In this document: positions 39,901 through 53,086 of the stretch, one piece after another | Layout: every line of letters begins with the position of its first letter | Position numbering within the stretch: the stretch's first letter is position 1 | Assembly: GCA_036172245.1 (NCBI GenBank) | Contig: JAYWIR010000001.1 | Coordinates: forward strand, 2,790,001 to 2,854,000 | Length of the DNA stretch: 64,000 bases | Reading direction: 5' to 3' | Origin: Raillietiella orientalis | Taxonomy: Eukaryota | The notes under the pieces: model-generated | Seen by the model: the letters and a program-made list of their open reading frames with translations, nothing else | What the model was told of the DNA's origin: nothing | Database searches by the model: none | Made by a program: the position numbers and the translations under genes

Positions 39901-41599
39901 AACGTAAATATCTTGTAAGCCAAGCAGGTAAACGTCTTACAGCATTTACTCGCTTATCTACAGTGTTCCCCCTATTGTGTTTACGGTAAAAATCAAATTA
40001 AATAATGTAGACCGTTGTGCAGGTACTTAATGAAACGTTATACTGCACTGTCCAAGGTTTGTCGGGTAGGGTAGCATATTTACACGGAAATATGGATAAA
40101 TTATTTGAAGAAAAAAATTCGAATTGACTCCTGACAGTAACACACGAGCGTATTCATGTCCTACGATTTGCTGGACCACTTTCATCAAAGACTAATGAGA
40201 GTGAAAAAAATGAGTAAGAAGACGACGACTGCATCTTGCTTTCATGGAAAACGTTAAACGGTACAATGTGCATCATCCATGGGATGCACATTGATACTTT
40301 TAACCAAAAACGTGCTTGCACTGAACAAGACGACGACGAGTCCTAAACGGACTGACTGAGAAAAATGCATATCAAATGAGAAGCCGAGTACAAACGGGAA
40401 CGCTGCAGGTCCCACGAGAAGAATGGCTACAAGCATCTCTAGAGTGTAATTTACATTTCCGATTCCGAAACTGAAGAACTGTTCTTAAAGGTCAACCTTG
40501 AAGGCGGGTGCGGAAGACTGCCTTCGAAGAACCCTGCACAGCTTGCGAGTCGTGTTACGAATGGATGAAACACCAAAGGAAACACGGCAAAGTATGAAAT
40601 GCCTTCAAAGGGAGAAGCAATCGCAATCTCCTTGATTACAATCCCGATGATTATTACATCTGCAATTCGATTTTATAACATCAGAAGCTTCATTAACTCG
40701 ACATTCACTTATCAAGGGGGGGTACAGCAAACGTGTCCAAAAACTTTGCCATTCGCACGCTAACGTTGTTTCACGCTAACATTTTTCTTGCTTCAACCTT
40801 GTCACAAGAATTTAATCAGGGAAGAATTAATTAGTTCCTTATCCGGGATAGGAAAAGAGACTTTTCGCTCCCATCTGAAGCGCACCTTCATTCTAGCTGC
40901 ATCCTAATCGAGGAACGGAACCTGCATCCACGGAACTTTTGCATCCGAGCATTCTTCGTAAGGAGGAGGGCAGATAAGTTGAGAAAAGAAACAATCATAA
41001 GAAGAAAGCAAACAAACAAAATCGAAAGAAACGCGGCGGAGTCAAGGAAGGATCCAAAGTCACGTGTTCGATACACACACACTGATGGATCCAAATGACT
41101 GAAAATCGGAAGGGGGATCGATTCTAGAGGCAGAGCTAAAAAAAAGATAAAAAATCACCAAAGACATAACGTATACTTTGTTTCACATTTTAGGAAGCGA
41201 GAAAGAGATCGCCTGCAGTATATTTGAATGCTGATTTCCGAGACGGTGGTGAAACGACGAGTTCAATTTTCAGTGACAAATCGCGAAAATCTGTTGCACA
41301 GGAAATGCAGTGAGGTTGAAAAGTGTAGCGCGCTATCTTTCATGCAAAGTATCTCGGTAGATGTTATGCAAGTCAGATAATTATGCATGATACCACATCC
41401 AGTTCCTTTAGCGTGGCTTTCAAAAATTGAGTGCTCCGCTGGAACCAGGATGCTAATCACAGTCCAACTCCGAAATGGTGGCACATACCATCTCGCACAT
41501 CAAACGGGGAATAAAAGGCGCTTCGAAGACTGTGAGTGCAGAAGCGAGTGTGGCAGAAATCGGCAATAAACGAAAAGCCATGAATGTGAGGAATTCAGA

Positions 41600-44500
41600 A
41601 GAGATGAGAAGTGCACGATCGGAAGTTGGCTTTTCGCATGGTCCATGAGCCCACTTGGTGGTAAGGCTGCAGGTACAAGAAGAAAAAAAGCAAATCAGAT
41701 TGCCTCTCGCGTTTGCCTGTCTGCTTTCCGAACCTGATGCTTTTCCAGTCGGCAAAAGATAATTCGAGAAGTTGAAGAAAATTCATTCATTCAAAGTTGC
41801 AAGGTGCATGTTCGAGTTGGAAATTTCAAAGGTCACTGAAGTTCATTTAAGTGACCATATCCTCCTAATATCTAAGGTTTGAGGAAGAAGAATACTCTTG
41901 GAGGCAGCTAAGCTCAAAGCAGAAACATTGCTGAAGAGATAAGCGAGTAACAAAAATACAAATGCGTTGCCAATGTTTGCTTGGATACTCGTCGCACAGA
42001 AAATATCTATCAGCCATAACTACGGCATTTTGCCTTTGCTGATCAGTGCTGCCATCGGCATCTGAACATATGAAATGGGGATAATGAAAATCAGTTCGGA
42101 AAGACTGCAGGTAATGAGTAATTAATTACATTTCATAAAAAGTTTGCATTACGATAAAAGTATTTACTACTTCCGGTGAAGCATGCAGATGCTAATTTCC
42201 AGTGAAATGCCTCGGAAGAAAAATGAGCTACGGCCTGGACCAATTTTTACAGAACAGCATTTTTCAGAGTTCTGGTTGGAACAATAAAAACCCAGGAAAA
42301 AAAATTCGAAGTAAACGACGCCGTAAGTAAATCAGCACTCAAACAGATGCAGCAGAACCACTAAGGTAAGAGGACTCTGCGGTGGAGATTGAAAAAATCA
42401 ACGATTCAAGGTGTTTCATCTGCTGCAAAAGCACCGATGTCTGGTAAGGGACAGACGATGGGGAAAACGGGAATGAAAGGTAAGGACATGTGAAGAAGGA
42501 AAAATAAAGCCACCGACGGCGGCCAGAAATGCGAAAGCAGGCGCAAAGCTGAAATACGCATGCAAGAAATACGTTTCTGTGATTAATCCGATCAAATCCT
42601 GGACCCGGATGAATCGAATTTCTGGTGTGCCATTTCGATCGGCAACATGAACATTTGAGGTCCCTTTGCTAGACGAAATTACACGTTGGCTCACACAGAT
42701 ATCGAGGATTTAATCTTCGAATATTGGCAGAATGTAAGACCTGAGAACTCAGCAGGCACTGCCAGTCGAAGAAATGAACGGCAATGGACAGAATCCGATT
42801 TACTCCACATGATGGAAACAGGAGCAAGATGTGTGCACGAAACGGGGCATGGATAGCCTGGATGCTCAACTTGAAAAAGTCCGAACGGCACGGGAAGGAA
42901 ACTGTCCAGCAGCAAAAGAGCATCCAGAAAAATTCACATGCGCCGCTTAGGAGGTAAGAACTTCTTATGAATCTAGTTAACAAGTACAGAATTAGTCATA
43001 GAATAGGCAATCCTGGGGGAAGTGGATGCATGCAATATATGCTGGGGGCATGAAATATAACCAACGCAGCACCTACGTGCTGCAAAATCTTAGCAACATA
43101 GTGAATGTGGCCGCACAGTCTGAATGCAATTCGACCAGGATTCGTAACAGGACCAAAGGACCTCGGAACCGAAGGACGATTCAAACGATACCCCACCCGG
43201 GTGCAGAAAGATGCGGAGATAAACTTTTCGAATGCAAAAGGAGCGGCCATGAGGACGGTACTTCATTTCAGACTTCTGGATCACTTTGCGTTTTGCTCAC
43301 GTCTAGAAATCGAATACGAGGCTGGATGATTTATGAAGCAGATAAAACAATGATGACTAAAGAAGAAAATCACACAGAGGTTTCATAGTGGTTACAATAA
43401 AGAGAGGACGCCTTCGTGACCTACATGGCATTGGTTCGTCTCAATTCAAGAGATCCCGGTTTGGAAAGATTCATTATCAACATCGGATGCCGAAATCATG
43501 TACTTCTCTATGCTCTTAGAGGTGTAACCATGCAATGCTGAAGGAAATTTCCAGACCTGTGCGCAATCCGGCGAGGAAACACGAAAGATAAGAAACGAAA
43601 GATAATTTCCCAAATCAAGACCGATGTTTGAGGAATAATGAAGAAAAAACATGAATTTAGAAGAATTGGGGATCCAATAGAAAAATAAGGAAGACTTTTC
43701 AAAGACTTAGGAAAACGAAAACCAAGGTTCCCAGAAACTGCATGTTGAGCAGAAGGTTCGAGAACATGACGAGAAAACGAGATTTCTGACACTCGGAAAA
43801 ATCCTAGCAAAAAAACCCTTTATCTGGTGAACCTTACGAATACACCAATATGATTAGCTTGGAATCTTTACGGATTGCCAGCGCAGGAGACTTTTGCGAA
43901 ATTTATATGCATGCGTCAGGAGCAAATAGCAGCACCGCGCATTTGCGCCAACAGCAAAGCAACGACGAAACCTCCAGTTGGCGCTGGGCTACTGCTATCT
44001 TTTCTTTTTTTTTCTTGGCTAGCTCAACCGAACGATGCTGCGAGTTGATTTAAGACCACCGAAACAAAAAAAAGGAAAGAAGTGCAGGAAAATTTCTCCA
44101 AGAAATTCCGCTCCCTCGAAATACTGCTGCGATGACCAACCTGCGATTCTAGAGGTCCCTCCGACTGTCGCAAACTCGCGCCCCTCAGGGATTTCCGTGC
44201 ACCTTCGAGAAGAACCGAAAGAACACAAGCGAGGTTGCGTGTGTCGTCCTTTGCTCGTCTGGTACACTGGAACCACCGAAAACGGCAAGCATTGATTGAA
44301 GCAGAGATGTTTCGCAAAACGTGCTGCAGTGGAACAAAGTTGAACGCGGATGAGGAGGAATGAAAATCGCAGGAGGTCCAGAAAAGGAACAAAGAAAGAA
44401 AGGACGAAACAAGAATGAACTGACGCCCATCATGACTGCAATGACAGGGGAAAGCCGAATAGTGCGTGTGGATAGGAAACAGAGCTTGGAAGGTGCCCAG

Positions 44501-44700
44501 AAGACAAGAGAACCCACCATTTTCGTGCAGGCCGACGAAAGGAAAGGAAGGAAACAAGAATGGAACCAACCAGGACAGCCCTTGCGGAACCATCAGGGAG
44601 GAAAAACACGAGGAATATATGAACTTGCAGAACTTGAGGGTGACACTTTCGCGAAGCAGTAGAGAAGCAGCTTGAACGCAGACACCTTTTGTGAAGATTC
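41600..44700 (+). mobile_element. Decayed Ty3/Gypsy pol (RT-RH-INT)
   Basis: RT-start-like GP*AHLVV...KKQIRL (~41640), RNase H-like DAEINFSNAKGAAMRTVLHFRLLDHF...LEIEYEA (ORF 43105), integrase-tail-like GIYELAELEG (~44612, cf. GTYxLxELDG). The element may extend upstream to ~40200. Confidence 0.55.
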
Positions 44701-45199
44701 GCGTCGGCAACACAAGGGCACGAAAACTCTCGTTCGATCCTCCCGTTTCCCATCCAGCACGCCATTCAAACCTCCTTCCTATCCAAGCGTTTCCTTGACG
44801 GCGACGTTTCAATCAGTGACCTCTTCAATGCAAAACAAAGGAAAATATGAACATCGGCGAATGGTCCTCACAGGACCTCGAGATATGGATGAGAGCGCTG
44901 CCGTGGCAGCTGCTCGTGAAAAAGAAAATGCAAGGAATCCAAATGCAAACAAGTTCGTAATGATTACCACTAATGGCTATGAGTATGCCTTCCTGGATGA
45001 GCAGCCAAGAGTTTCTGTGGTAAGGAAGATCTCGAAACGAACTCGTTAGTCATGTAAGCCACAAGCACGTCGAACTGCTTATTCAAAAAAGACACCTTTT
45101 GGAAAGTTGGAATGTTTTTATAAATTACGAAATACTTCGGCATTGTAAACAGATAGGAAATGCAATCAAATACGCGTAGGAGAAGCTGCAAAAAAAAAG

Positions 45200-48100
45200 C
45201 TATCTTTCTCCTCTCTACTGCTGTGCACTACGCTGTGACCACCTCCCTTGCAGAATTTTACCATGATCCCTAAAGCGTGGTGAAAGCGTGGAAGAAATCG
45301 AAGACATGTGCAAGAGGATTTCATGCCTCAAGCTAGCAGAATAGAGCGACGGAATTGCTGAGCCGAGTAAATTAGCAAAGATGCGTTAATGAGTATCTTT
45401 TGAGTGAGCAATCTCAGTGTTCTGCATATTCAAAAAAAAAAACACTTGAGGAACATTCGAAAACAAGCTTTGAGGACGACAGGCATGGGTCCCCTCCTCC
45501 CCCTCTGTGTTAAGAAAAATTGATTGAGAAACAGCACCATCAGAAAACGCACATTTACTCCCATGAAGAAGGTACACAGATCCAAGTGCTTTACCACAAC
45601 CAGTCGAGTTCAAATCTCCACTTCTCCTGCCGCTCTTTTCCCATGGTGCAAATATTTTTTGTTCTGCCACCACAACCGGGAAACGAATATTTCCTCTTCA
45701 TCTATATCCCCTCCCCCCTTTTTGCTGTTCATGTTTTTGCACGCTACCCAGATCAACTTCTTTTTCTCCACGAACAACTACGAATAATCTCGTGTGAAGG
45801 ATGCACACGTTTCCTTAGACCCTTTTCAACTCTTTAACCAACGTAAAATTAGTGGCTTCAAAACAGGCACGGATTTTTTTTTTCTTTTGTAATCCCCTGA
45901 AAACAGGATCAGCTCGCTTCCCTGTCATTCCCTTTTTTTTGTGGTTTTTTGCATTGTTCTTGTGGCCGCACTCAGGACCCATTTATAACCTGTTACCAAG
46001 AAAATGGCTCCTGTGACGATCACTGGATGATGTGACCTGTTTCATCACCCGCAGGAAAGCGGAGGGAGGAAGGTACGTGGGTGGACGTTTCGTTTCGAAT
46101 GAAGCAAACTGAGGAAAAATTCTGGTCCACTGTGTTTCCAGGCTCACTGGTGTCAATCAGATCGACAGAAATAGCAAGAAAAATCGGACCAAGAGCTTGA
46201 AAAGAGGAAGTACAATGACACTTCTATACAGCGACTATAAAGAGCCGATCTTGGATATAACTGCTAGTGGCTGGAGTGAGATCCTGAAGCTCCTCATCTG
46301 GACTGTTGGGGAGAACACACACCCGAACAAAGACATCTGAAAGTGAGGGCGGGATAGCGTTGGGAAACCGAAACGGAAATCTCCGCATTGGGAGGATCCA
46401 CTGCGTTCCCTAATCAAACCTTGAATCAGGGAGGAGCACGTAGAAAGGTTTCCAGCTCCATTCTTCTAAACGGCATGGAAGCAAAGAGGAACGGTTTGCA
46501 GAAGAAAATGTGGAAGATCACTGATGCCGCGGAATCTCGCCAAGGATGGCAACTGTTGGGAAAACTAAGCTGGAAGCAACTACAGAGGACGTCAATCACG
46601 GCCGATACAGCAAGTGAATCACTTTCGTGATTGGGTGAGGATTCACCGCAACCGGAACACTCTTGTTCTGGGTTCGAGGAATCCCGTCTACTGGGAGGTA
46701 GCAATTCTCCAGGATCCACGAATGCAACATCACCGGAATCAGCCCAGCTCGTCTGGAGATTTGCATCCAAACTCTAGAGAGTGACCACACGAAAACATTC
46801 CTGCAAGCAGACCTTCGAGAGTAGCGACATGAAGCTCGAAGAACGACCAAGAGTCTCAACCCGCCACCTGAAGATTAGTCCAAGCGTTTGTCCCTTCTGC
46901 CAGTGTGGGACCTAGTGTTGGAACCAAAAAAAAAAAAAAGGGGGCAGTTGGATCCTCCAGGAAACGCGAAATGTCCGGCCTTTTCAGGAAGAAAGCACGC
47001 ACACGAGCAAGGTCGATTTTTTTCGCACGTTTTCACAGCTGACCCTTCTGTAAACATTGCACTTATTCGGTAGAAAATCCTCATAGGTACAGAGGACTGG
47101 GAATCCGAAAGTTCCCATAAAGTGAAGCGTGAACGCGAGCAGCCACCGTTCCCGAGATTTTATCTGCAAACTTCTTGGATGGTGTGGGCTGCACGGGATC
47201 GACAGAGGCCATTCGCATTCGTGCTGTCTGTACATTTTGCCAAAGATCTCACTACGTTGCAAGACAAGAAGAGAGCATGTGCCAGCGATCGGAACAGCTT
47301 GAGAAAACCCAAAACGCGCGTGCGCGCAGCCTTCCAAGGAATATGCAGGTACCACACACATCAAGGAGAAATTCGCCCGAACCGGCAAAATTCTATATGG
47401 CCAGCGTGTCTCAAAAGCAAATAGAAAGCTCATCGAGTGAAACAGACAAACAGGGAACCTCGTGCTCCATCCGAGGAAACGGGATGGTTAGGCGATACGG
47501 TACGACGTGGATGAAGTAGCGGTTGATTGCAGGCGGAAACCGGCGCGTGTGTGCCCAAACTGGTCATTTCCATCCGCAGATTAGGCTGGCCACTTTGATG
47601 GTGTTCGCTGTCTGTATTTTTATGCACGGTCTTCCGGAATCTAAGAATGCGCAGTGATGCTAAACACAACGGGGTCAAATCGAATTTCCAAAATTACGAC
47701 GTGTGCATAAGGGATAACTGCTCAGTAATTGACAGGATAGACAGCTGATTGATGGAATGATGACCCAGTGGTTAAAGTTCATCATTTGCATCATTTTGCA
47801 TCGCGGGGTTTTGTTAAATTTATTTTATGGCCAACGTCTCCCAGCTGACCTGCTGCCAAAGAAACTTGAGCATTCTGAGCACCGAGTTCCTGAAGATTTG
47901 CCGGAAAATTATGGAAACTCGGGGATCGGGGTTCCTGGCTTACTTTCCGGAGGTCTTTCTGACCGACTGAAGATCCATAGAAATTAACAATTCGTCTACC
48001 ACGAACACCGTCGCGAAAGGAGGCGGTCTGTCTACGGTGTTTGCACTCAATTAAGCTCAATTGCAGCACTATATGCCGGTCTTTCTAAAAAACTAATGCA

Positions 48101-49300
48101 CGTTCTCTCGTTTGAAAGCAAACTCTGAGCGAGACTCACGACAACGTAACTTCAGTCCATCAGTCGAAATAAAATCTTCAGGAGAGGCTTTCGCTCTGCG
48201 ATTCGATTCAACTGCAGCTGCGTCTTTTTTCGTCAACCTTTCGATCGGTCAGAATGAAGGCGGAAACATGCGGTGAGCAGTCCGCGTAAGGAAGTTCTTT
48301 CATTCAAGCTGCAGAGAATCCAGCCACGTTGCTTGTGTATGCTTGGAAATGTATGCTTGTATTTTATACATGTACACAACCTCACCCTCGGCGAAAACGA
48401 AGCACCTTATGCCGGGAATACTTCGCGGTGGAAACCAATCGTATCGAAACCTCTCTATAAGGAAATCAGCACATGCAAATATTCGAATGGAAGGAAGAAA
48501 CACGGGCTGCAAGCAAAAAAACACAAAAAAAAAAAACAAAAAAACAAAGTAAGAAAAAAGAATTGAACGAAAAGGAACAAGTACGAGAACAACACAAAAA
48601 GTTCATTGGCTTGGAATCCGCGCGGTCACACCGCAGACGTTTCGCCCGTGTGACGGCGCACACTCCAAATGGGAAAAGAACGCCTGAAGTGCGTGCGAAA
48701 AGGAAAACCGGGAAAAGCTCGCGCGGAGAACGAGCCTTCCTGGCCGAACAGACCGTGTGAAGGAATCCCTCTTGCCATGGCTCTACATTCATTACTCTTA
48801 TCTGACGCAGTATCCTGGAATAGAAATATTCGGAATGATTACTCCCTGGCACCTAGAATGCCATTACCGGAATCGCGCGCTGATTTCAAAACCGAGACCA
48901 ATTTTTGAAGTTGAAATGCTGTTGATGCAATTACTGTTATCCGCACACATCCGTTACAAAAAAAAAAAAAAAAAAAAAAAAAAAAACAACAACAACAACA
49001 ACTGACGTTCCCATAAAGAATGAACCGCTATTACAAGCTTTTATACGCTCACTTAATTGACCTCACGACATTACATTGTATTCATTTGCATATGTTCTCG
49101 CTGAATGTTTTTTCTTCAGAGGTGGTGTTCTTGTGGAATTTGATAATCCTAGAAGCTATGGAGCTCTCGGCTATGGAAAATTCACGTGTGGAAGGCCGGT
49201 TGTTGTTTTCATGCTTCACGCCACTTCTTCGACGTGACCGGGAAAATTACTTGTTGGAAAAGGTCACTAGCTTTTTGACGCGGGAGCTTTCCAGAGAAAC
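45200..49300 (+). pseudogene. Decayed run of plant-type LRRs
   Basis: SNLSVLHIQ (~45407), RL*RADLGYN (~46232), IHECNITGISPARL (~46715), LLNLFYGQRLP...DLPENYGNS (ORF 47757), HNLTLGEN (~48375), GIPLAM...AVSWNR (~48760), LIDLTTLHCIHL...LWNLIILEAMELS (ORF 49020). Confidence 0.5.
48958..49002 (+). repeat. Poly-A tract (~29 nt) followed by (CAA)n
   Basis: Read directly from the sequence. Confidence 0.95.
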
Positions 49301-49922
49301 AGCAAGGTACTTGTGCAGGATGCTAGAAATAGGGAAGCGTCGACCGCGTTTCCAACCGAAGGTCGGCCGGGTGGCCCCGGCACGTCGACGACGAGGATAA
49401 AACAGGAAGATGGAATGAGAGCCGCAAAGCTGGCCAGTCATCAGCAACGAGAGCGACGCTGGTGATGCCCACTTTCAGCTCTCACTCTGGTGGAGGGTCC
49501 CCCCCCCCCCCAAGGAAGGAAAGCGCTGCCTCCTCCTCTTCGTTTCCCCTTTGAAGCCCAGCTGGATTTTATGGTGCCACGACCGAAGCAAGCGAGGAAA
49601 AAAAAAAAAAAAATCCAAGGTTGGATCGAGTACCTACACCGGAAGCAAATGCAGTCGGCTGTATCTTCAACAGCACGAAGGAGATGCAGCGCCGCTTTAA
49701 ATAGAGTTGCTAAGCAGAACATTTCGTAGACACGAATACGCTGCACGGACTAATTCGGAGTGCGTACGGTCGAAGTCGGTACACGCCGGTCAAACGGATG
49801 GACGAAACGCCCTCGTGGGAAACGAAAGGCTGAACTGAGGAAGCGAATTCCGATCCCGCGAGAGTTCACAGTCATCATGGAAATATTTGCGGGGATACAC
49901 CCAGGTTCACGACCACCACCAC

Positions 49923-49925
<3 letters not shown>

Positions 49926-49955
<30 letters not shown>
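49926..49955 (+). repeat. (CAG)10 microsatellite preceded by (CCA)n
   Basis: Read directly from the sequence. Confidence 0.95.
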
Positions 49956-49957
<2 letters not shown>

Positions 49958-50906
49958 CACAAGAGAAGAAGGATTACAAGCTCGGGAAGAAGCAACCCCC
50001 CCTTCCTTCCTTTTCGGAGGGGGGGGGGGGCTCTTTTTTTTCCTTCCACACGGAAAACCTCAGACTTGCGAAAATCAGCCACCGATAGCATGAAGATAAT
50101 ATGTAATTACGAAACGTATTTTTAAAAACATATGCGGGAGAGAGAGAGCATGTGCGTAAAAAATCGGATATCATGTTTCTCTCTCTTGGCTCCTTCTCAA
50201 ATATCAACCTTATTCCAGTAGCGTCTTCTGATTTCTTGAACCGCTTCCAAGTTTTTTTTTTTTTTTGTTTTGTTTTGTTTTGTTTTTAATATTTATTACA
50301 GTTTAATATTCTCCCATCATGAAAAGAGTCGACAAGTAAACTTGGGTATTATAGGGGAAGAAGGGAAAAACAAAAAGGAACACAGCAGGGAGGCTCGGGA
50401 GAGTTGCTCGAAGAGTGCTCCCGATGAGACGAAGAGGCCGCACGTCAATCAATAGGAGGTTTCTTCGCCCCCGCATGGCAGCAGAGCCGAACGCGGAGTC
50501 TTCCAGAGCGTTCCGTCTCTCTTATCGCACTCTGAATGATTTCGAGGATCGGGAGAAAACCTGAGAACGTGGACCCACGGAGCAGATGCCACGCGGAGGC
50601 CGCCGCCGCCGCCGACTACGACGACGACTACGACGACGACGACGACGTACAGGTACGGGTCGCCCGGCCCCGCGTGGACACCGATCGATAAAAACCCAAA
50701 AAACCCAGACGCCCTACTACCAGACGGGACTTGGCTTACTGACTGCACCAGACGTCGGCACGTGACGAGCAGGCAGACGAGGCGGCATTGGAACACTTGC
50801 AGAGGCAGAGTAAAATTACTTTCTCCTAGTTGTCGCCGCAGACGGGACCAACTTGCGCATGCAGAGAGCTGCTGCTGCTGCTGCCTCCTCCCCCTCCGCG
50901 GGGTAT

Positions 50907-50911
<5 letters not shown>

Positions 50912-50956
<45 letters not shown>
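50912..50956 (+). repeat. (CT)~22 microsatellite
   Basis: Read directly from the sequence. Confidence 0.97.
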
Positions 50957-50958
<2 letters not shown>

Positions 50959-52399
50959 GCTTGCTCATCGCTCGCCTGTAATTAACGTATGCCGAAGTAC
51001 TACCGACTTTTTTCCTTTTCCCCCCCCCCCCCCTCTCTCCCGGTTCGTGGCTCGGCTGTTATCTAACCTACGAAGCAAACACGACGTGTTTGCTGCTCAG
51101 GATCCTCCGGTGCGCTTTGGACGCAACTGCGTCACAAAACCATCCTTGCGAAAGCGCAGGTCCCGAAGGACCCTTCAGAATACATATAATAAACAATAAT
51201 AATAATAAAAGCTCGCTAAACTGCTTACTGCAGTGTTGCTCAAGAATCATTACAAACCGCCTCGAAGCTGCGGGGGGAGGGAAAGGGGGGGGGGGAAGGA
51301 ACGCACCCAAATTGGTTAAAAAAAAAAAAAAAAGCAGAGGTGCACGCGCACACACATTGGCTGGAATGGAAAATAAAACGGCCAAAAGGGGAAAAAAATA
51401 AATTCCGTGAAATCAATGCATTACATACCCTTCTAAACTTTACTAAACCCTTCTATACCTTTACCTGCAGGGTATGCCAATCGCCTCCGTTGCTTGAGAC
51501 GAAAATAAAAGTGTACCCTTAACCACGGCTCTGATGATGACAACAACAACAACAAAAAAAAAAAAAAAAAAAAGATGGCCGATAATTATTTCCACTGAAA
51601 ATGAACAAAAGAAGAAGAAGAAGGAAAAGGAAAAGAAAGATTTACGAGCGATGCATGGATGCATGGGATGGGCGAAATGATCCCGTGGAGAATTCTCCCG
51701 GCTTCTACCACCCCGTTCAACCCTGCTGGGACTCTCGAAAACAAACACCAAACACTTCAAAAGCACAAATAACAACACGAACGCATCATTTTCATAGATA
51801 CGGCCATATTTACTCTTCTGGGCACATATAGAGGAGCAGATATAGATATGGGAGCATGTATCGATTCCAAGAGTAAAGATGGCAACGCGGAGCACCTGTG
51901 CTAATTTCGAATGGTGCGCGCCGGTGCAGGAGGGGGGGGGGAGAGAAAAATACATATATATATATATATATAATATATGTGTGCCGGGCACCAGTTTCTA
52001 CCATTCGTGGGAGATCGGTTTGAAATCTCTTAATAAGCTGGCTGGATGGGGCTCAGCAGTGTGACAGAATAATTGGAATAAAATTTCTATGCAGATGAAA
52101 AAGCCGACAGATACCTTTAACGTTTTTCGAATACGATGGATATTTTTCAGTAAGCCGATCAAAGGTGATCGCAGGTTCTAAAAACACACACACAAAAAAA
52201 TAAACATGTCCACTGCGATGCTAAAAGAAAGGGAAAAAAAAAAGGCTGGGGGGGGGGGGAGGGGAATTGTGGAAAAATTGAACCGTGGTTACCCCGAGGA
52301 AGGTACGACCCTTCGCAACACGCACTTTTTGACCGTCCACTTTTGGGAAAGGAGGAAGAAAAAAAAAAAAAAAAACGCTCGAAACCCACACACACAAAA

Positions 52400-53027
52400 A
52401 CACGGTGGGATCGAAGGGGGGGGGGGGGGGAAGGGAGAGAAAAAAAGAAAAAAAAGAAAAAAGCTTTAGCACTGCAAGAACAACAACACTGCAATATTGT
52501 CGAATACATACTTTTTGCTCGTATGGAATGCACCCTTAATGAAGACAACTCCGTAAAGTTCACCCTTTTTTTTTTTTTGTTGTTGTTTTTTTTACCACGG
52601 ATCCCCACACATAACTCGAGCCGCCATATGCATAATTACTAAATCCAAAGAATAACACTAGACAGCGTTGTTGGATCTACGCGCGGGTTCCTTCCACATC
52701 CCCTTTGTTTATGTCAATACGACCACCGAAAAATCGAGAAGGTCCTCTCCCCCCCCCCTCGTTTTCAAACATTTTAATTTCGATGTGTGCTTGCGGGCAC
52801 GCAAGATGGAATGAACCGTCATCAATTCGAATGATCTGTCATTGCAACATGCATTCCTTTTTTTGCTTTTTTTAATTCCCCCCCCCCCTTTTTTTTCCCT
52901 CCCCCCCCGGCAATTTCACCAAGTAAGGAAAATCATTTTTTTGTTCAAACTTTATTACCACTAAGATAACACTTTTGAATTTACCTGAGTATTGTCCAAC
53001 ATAATAAGAGCTACACAAAAAAAGCCA

Positions 53028-53086
<59 letters not shown>

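Noticed and set aside
49450..50050. Minus-strand LRR fragment (LPELVILLL…GCIPANISMMT)
   Set aside because: Only one or two motifs, broken by a CAG tract; too weak to list as a feature.
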